From NCBI GenBank assembly GCA_002269645.1, contig NIVC01004587.1:1-41284 (forward strand): a stretch of 41,284 nucleotides of DNA, read 5' to 3'. The translations under genes were made by a program, and so were the position numbers. The notes beneath the pieces are model-generated. The model did no database searches. It worked only from the letters and a program-made list of their open reading frames with translations, and was not told the DNA's origin. Positions 38,903-41,284 of this stretch are shown here, piece after piece. The DNA is from Macrostomum lignano (Eukaryota). Each line of letters opens with the position of its first letter. The stretch's first letter is position 1.

Positions 38903-39686
38903 CAGTCAGTTAGTTAGTTGGTTAGTTAGTTAGTCAGTTAGTCAGTTAGTTAGTCAGTCAGTTAGTTAGTTAGTTAGTTAGTCAGTTAGTCAGTTAGTTA
39001 GTCAGTCAGTTAGTCAGTTAGTTGGTTAGTTAGTCAGTCAGTCAGTTAGTTAGTCAGTCAGTCAGTCAGTTAGTCAGTCAGTCAGTCAGTTAGTTAGTTA
39101 GTTAGTCAGTTAGTTAGTTAGTCAGTTAGTTAGTTAGTTAGTTAGTCAGTCAGTCAGTCAGTTAGTTAGTCAGTCAGTCAGTCAGTTAGTCAGTCAGTCA
39201 GTCAGTTAGTTAGTTAGTCAGTTAGTTAGTTAGTTAGTCAGTCAGTTAGTTAGTTCAGTCAGTTAGTCAGTCAGTTAGTCAGTCAGTTAGTTAGTCAGTC
39301 AGTTAGTCAGTTAGTTAGTTAGTCAGTTAGTCAGTCAGTTAGTCAGTTAGTCAGTCAGTTAGTCAGTTAGTTAGTTAGTTAGTTCAGTCAGTTAGTCAGT
39401 CAGTTAGTCAGTCAGTTAGTTAGTCAGTCAGTTAGTCAGTTAGTCAGTCAGTTAGTCAGTTAGTTAGTTAGTTAGTTCAGTCAGTTAGTCAGTCAGTTAG
39501 TCAGTCAGTTAGTTAGTCAGTCAGTTAGTCAGTTAGTTAGTTAGTTAGTCAGTTAGTTAGTTAGTCAGTCAGTTAGTTAGTTCAGTCAGTTAGTCAGTCA
39601 GTTAGTCAGTCAGTTAGTTAGTCAGTCAGTTAGTCAGTTAGTTAGTTAGTTAGTCAGTTATTAGTTAGTTAGTCAGTCAGTCAGTC

Positions 39687-39721
<35 letters not shown>

Positions 39722-39726
39722 CAGTC

Positions 39727-39757
<31 letters not shown>

Positions 39758-40027
39758 CAGTCAGTTAGTCAGTCAGTTAGTCAGTCAGTTAGTTAGTCAG
39801 TCAGTTAGTCAGTTAGTTAGTCAGTCAGTTAGTCAGTTAGTCAGTCAGTTAGTCAGTTAGTTAGTTAGTTAGTTCAGTCAGTTAGTCAGTCAGTTAGTCA
39901 GTCAGTTAGTTAGTCAGTCAGTTAGTCAGTTAGTTAGTTAGTTAGTCAGTTAGTTAGTTAGTCAGTCAGTTAGTTAGTTAGTCAGTTAGTTAGTTAGTTA
40001 GTCAGTCAGTCAGTCAGTTAGTTAGTC

Positions 40028-40062
<35 letters not shown>

Positions 40063-40067
40063 CAGTC

Positions 40068-40098
<31 letters not shown>

Positions 40099-40160
40099 CA
40101 GTCAGTCAGTCAGTCAGTTAGTTAGTCAGTCAGTTAGTCAGTCAGTTAGTAAGTTAGTTA
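38675..40160. repeat. Mixed (GTTA)/(GTCA) tetranucleotide array
   Basis: About 370 units of two interspersed variants. Confidence 0.97.
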
Positions 40161-40865
40161 GGACTTGACTTGACTTGCTAAAACACCCTGGACTTTGATT
40201 TTTTAACACGAGAGTCTCACTGGTAGACATCTGGAAATCTGTCGCTCGGCAGTTGGTTGGCAGGCATCCCGGGAGAATTATTTGAAGCCAGACCAGCCAG
40301 TGGCAGATAAATCGATAGGCTGGACTGGCTACCCACTACGAGTAACTCACTTTAATCCCGAGAGAGACGGACTGTCTTTACCAAGTGAGTATTTCTTCTA
40401 ACCAAAGCAGCCCGCCAACAGACTCCAGGAGACAGGAGCTTTTCTGGTTGATCGACAGTTTCTTCGAAAAGAAGATTTTCTGTTCTTTGCTGGCAGAAGG
40501 CGCGATTAGGATCTAACCGACCTTCACTCTAGGACAGCTGTTCTGCAGAGGTTACTGCCCTGTGTACTTTTAGCTTCCCGTGACCGACTGTTTTTTTGTT
40601 ACACACTTTCGGTTTCTTTTGCAAAAAAGAAACTGCAACTGCAGCGGACCCATCAGTTATGAATTATACTTTTTCTCTTTTGCCGTTGACAGGAGGGCCA
40701 TCTGTCTGTCTATTTTTGGCATAGCGCTGAACACAGTTGCGCCAATTAGTGGAAGGAAGACTTTCCTGCATCTGGCTTTCTGTTGACAGAGGCCAAGATA
40801 TTGCTTTGTGAAAGCAATCATGGTATATACGAGCGAAATGTTGCTAGGGTCTCGAGATGTCTATA

Positions 40866-40996
40866 GATCAGTGATAGGGTCTGTAAATCAGTGACATGGT
40901 CTGTAAATCAGTGACAGGGTCTGTAAATCAGTGACAGGGTCTGTAAATCAGTGACAGGGTCTGTAAATCAGTGACAGGGTCTCTAGATCAGTGACT
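40866..40996. repeat. 20-nt minisatellite (agtgacagggtctgtaaatc)
   Basis: About 6 copies. Confidence 0.9.
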
Positions 40997-41284
40997 GTTA
41001 ATTTCCTGGGGTGCTCGAGGAGGGTCTTGTAGATTGGTTCTAGAGCATTTAGGTAATTGTCCAGTTCTCTAGATCTAGATTAATGGTCTCTAGATGTGTA
41101 AGAAAGTCTCTAGATAGGTTGCGAATAATATCTCGATGTATGTAAGTTGGGTTGTCTTGGTCTACTTATGCCACCATAAGCCTATGAAGTGCTTGAAATA
41201 AAAAATGACAGGTAAAAAATCACTTCACTTTTTAATATGAAAAACAAATCATTTAGTCAATCCAGAAGCTCTCTTTATGTAAGA

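Noticed and set aside
40190-40850. Coding-like minus-strand fragments with faint macro/PARP-like words
   Set aside because: Interrupted by stops, under 60 aa each and no convincing motif; needs a tBLASTn/HMM search.

Overview
Eukaryotic (animal, probably invertebrate) genomic DNA; no prokaryotic features. About half the window (~21 kb by rough tally) is tandem repeat: more than 20 mini/microsatellite arrays with 2-34 nt units, which explain nearly all long ORFs in the track. This architecture recalls flatworms such as Macrostomum, but the species is only an inference. Two real genes are supported. (1) A + strand Shaw/Kv3-type voltage-gated K+ channel. Four core exons (7966-8247, 18364-19004, 22048-22286, 26388-26729) join in frame into T1, S1-S6 and a TVGYGD pore. 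Intron 1 (10.1 kb) needs a GC donor. Three further small phase-compatible exons missed or truncated by the ORF track (28857-29051, 29855-29923, 30448-30560) could extend it to ~626 aa. (2) A - strand four-TM CD20/MS4A-like gene with a single coding exon (36571-37308) and a probable 5'UTR intron. Main unexplained structures: a hAT-like non-autonomous element (14-bp TIRs, 8-bp TSD) carrying a 21-nt minisatellite; one 28-nt array repeated after two consecutive donors; an AGCAAC core shared by unrelated arrays; a CT/GA foldback; an (ACTAAC)n intron between small exons; and a 3.6-kb 30-nt satellite with higher-order structure. I found no clearly new biological system; the regulatory readings are hypotheses.
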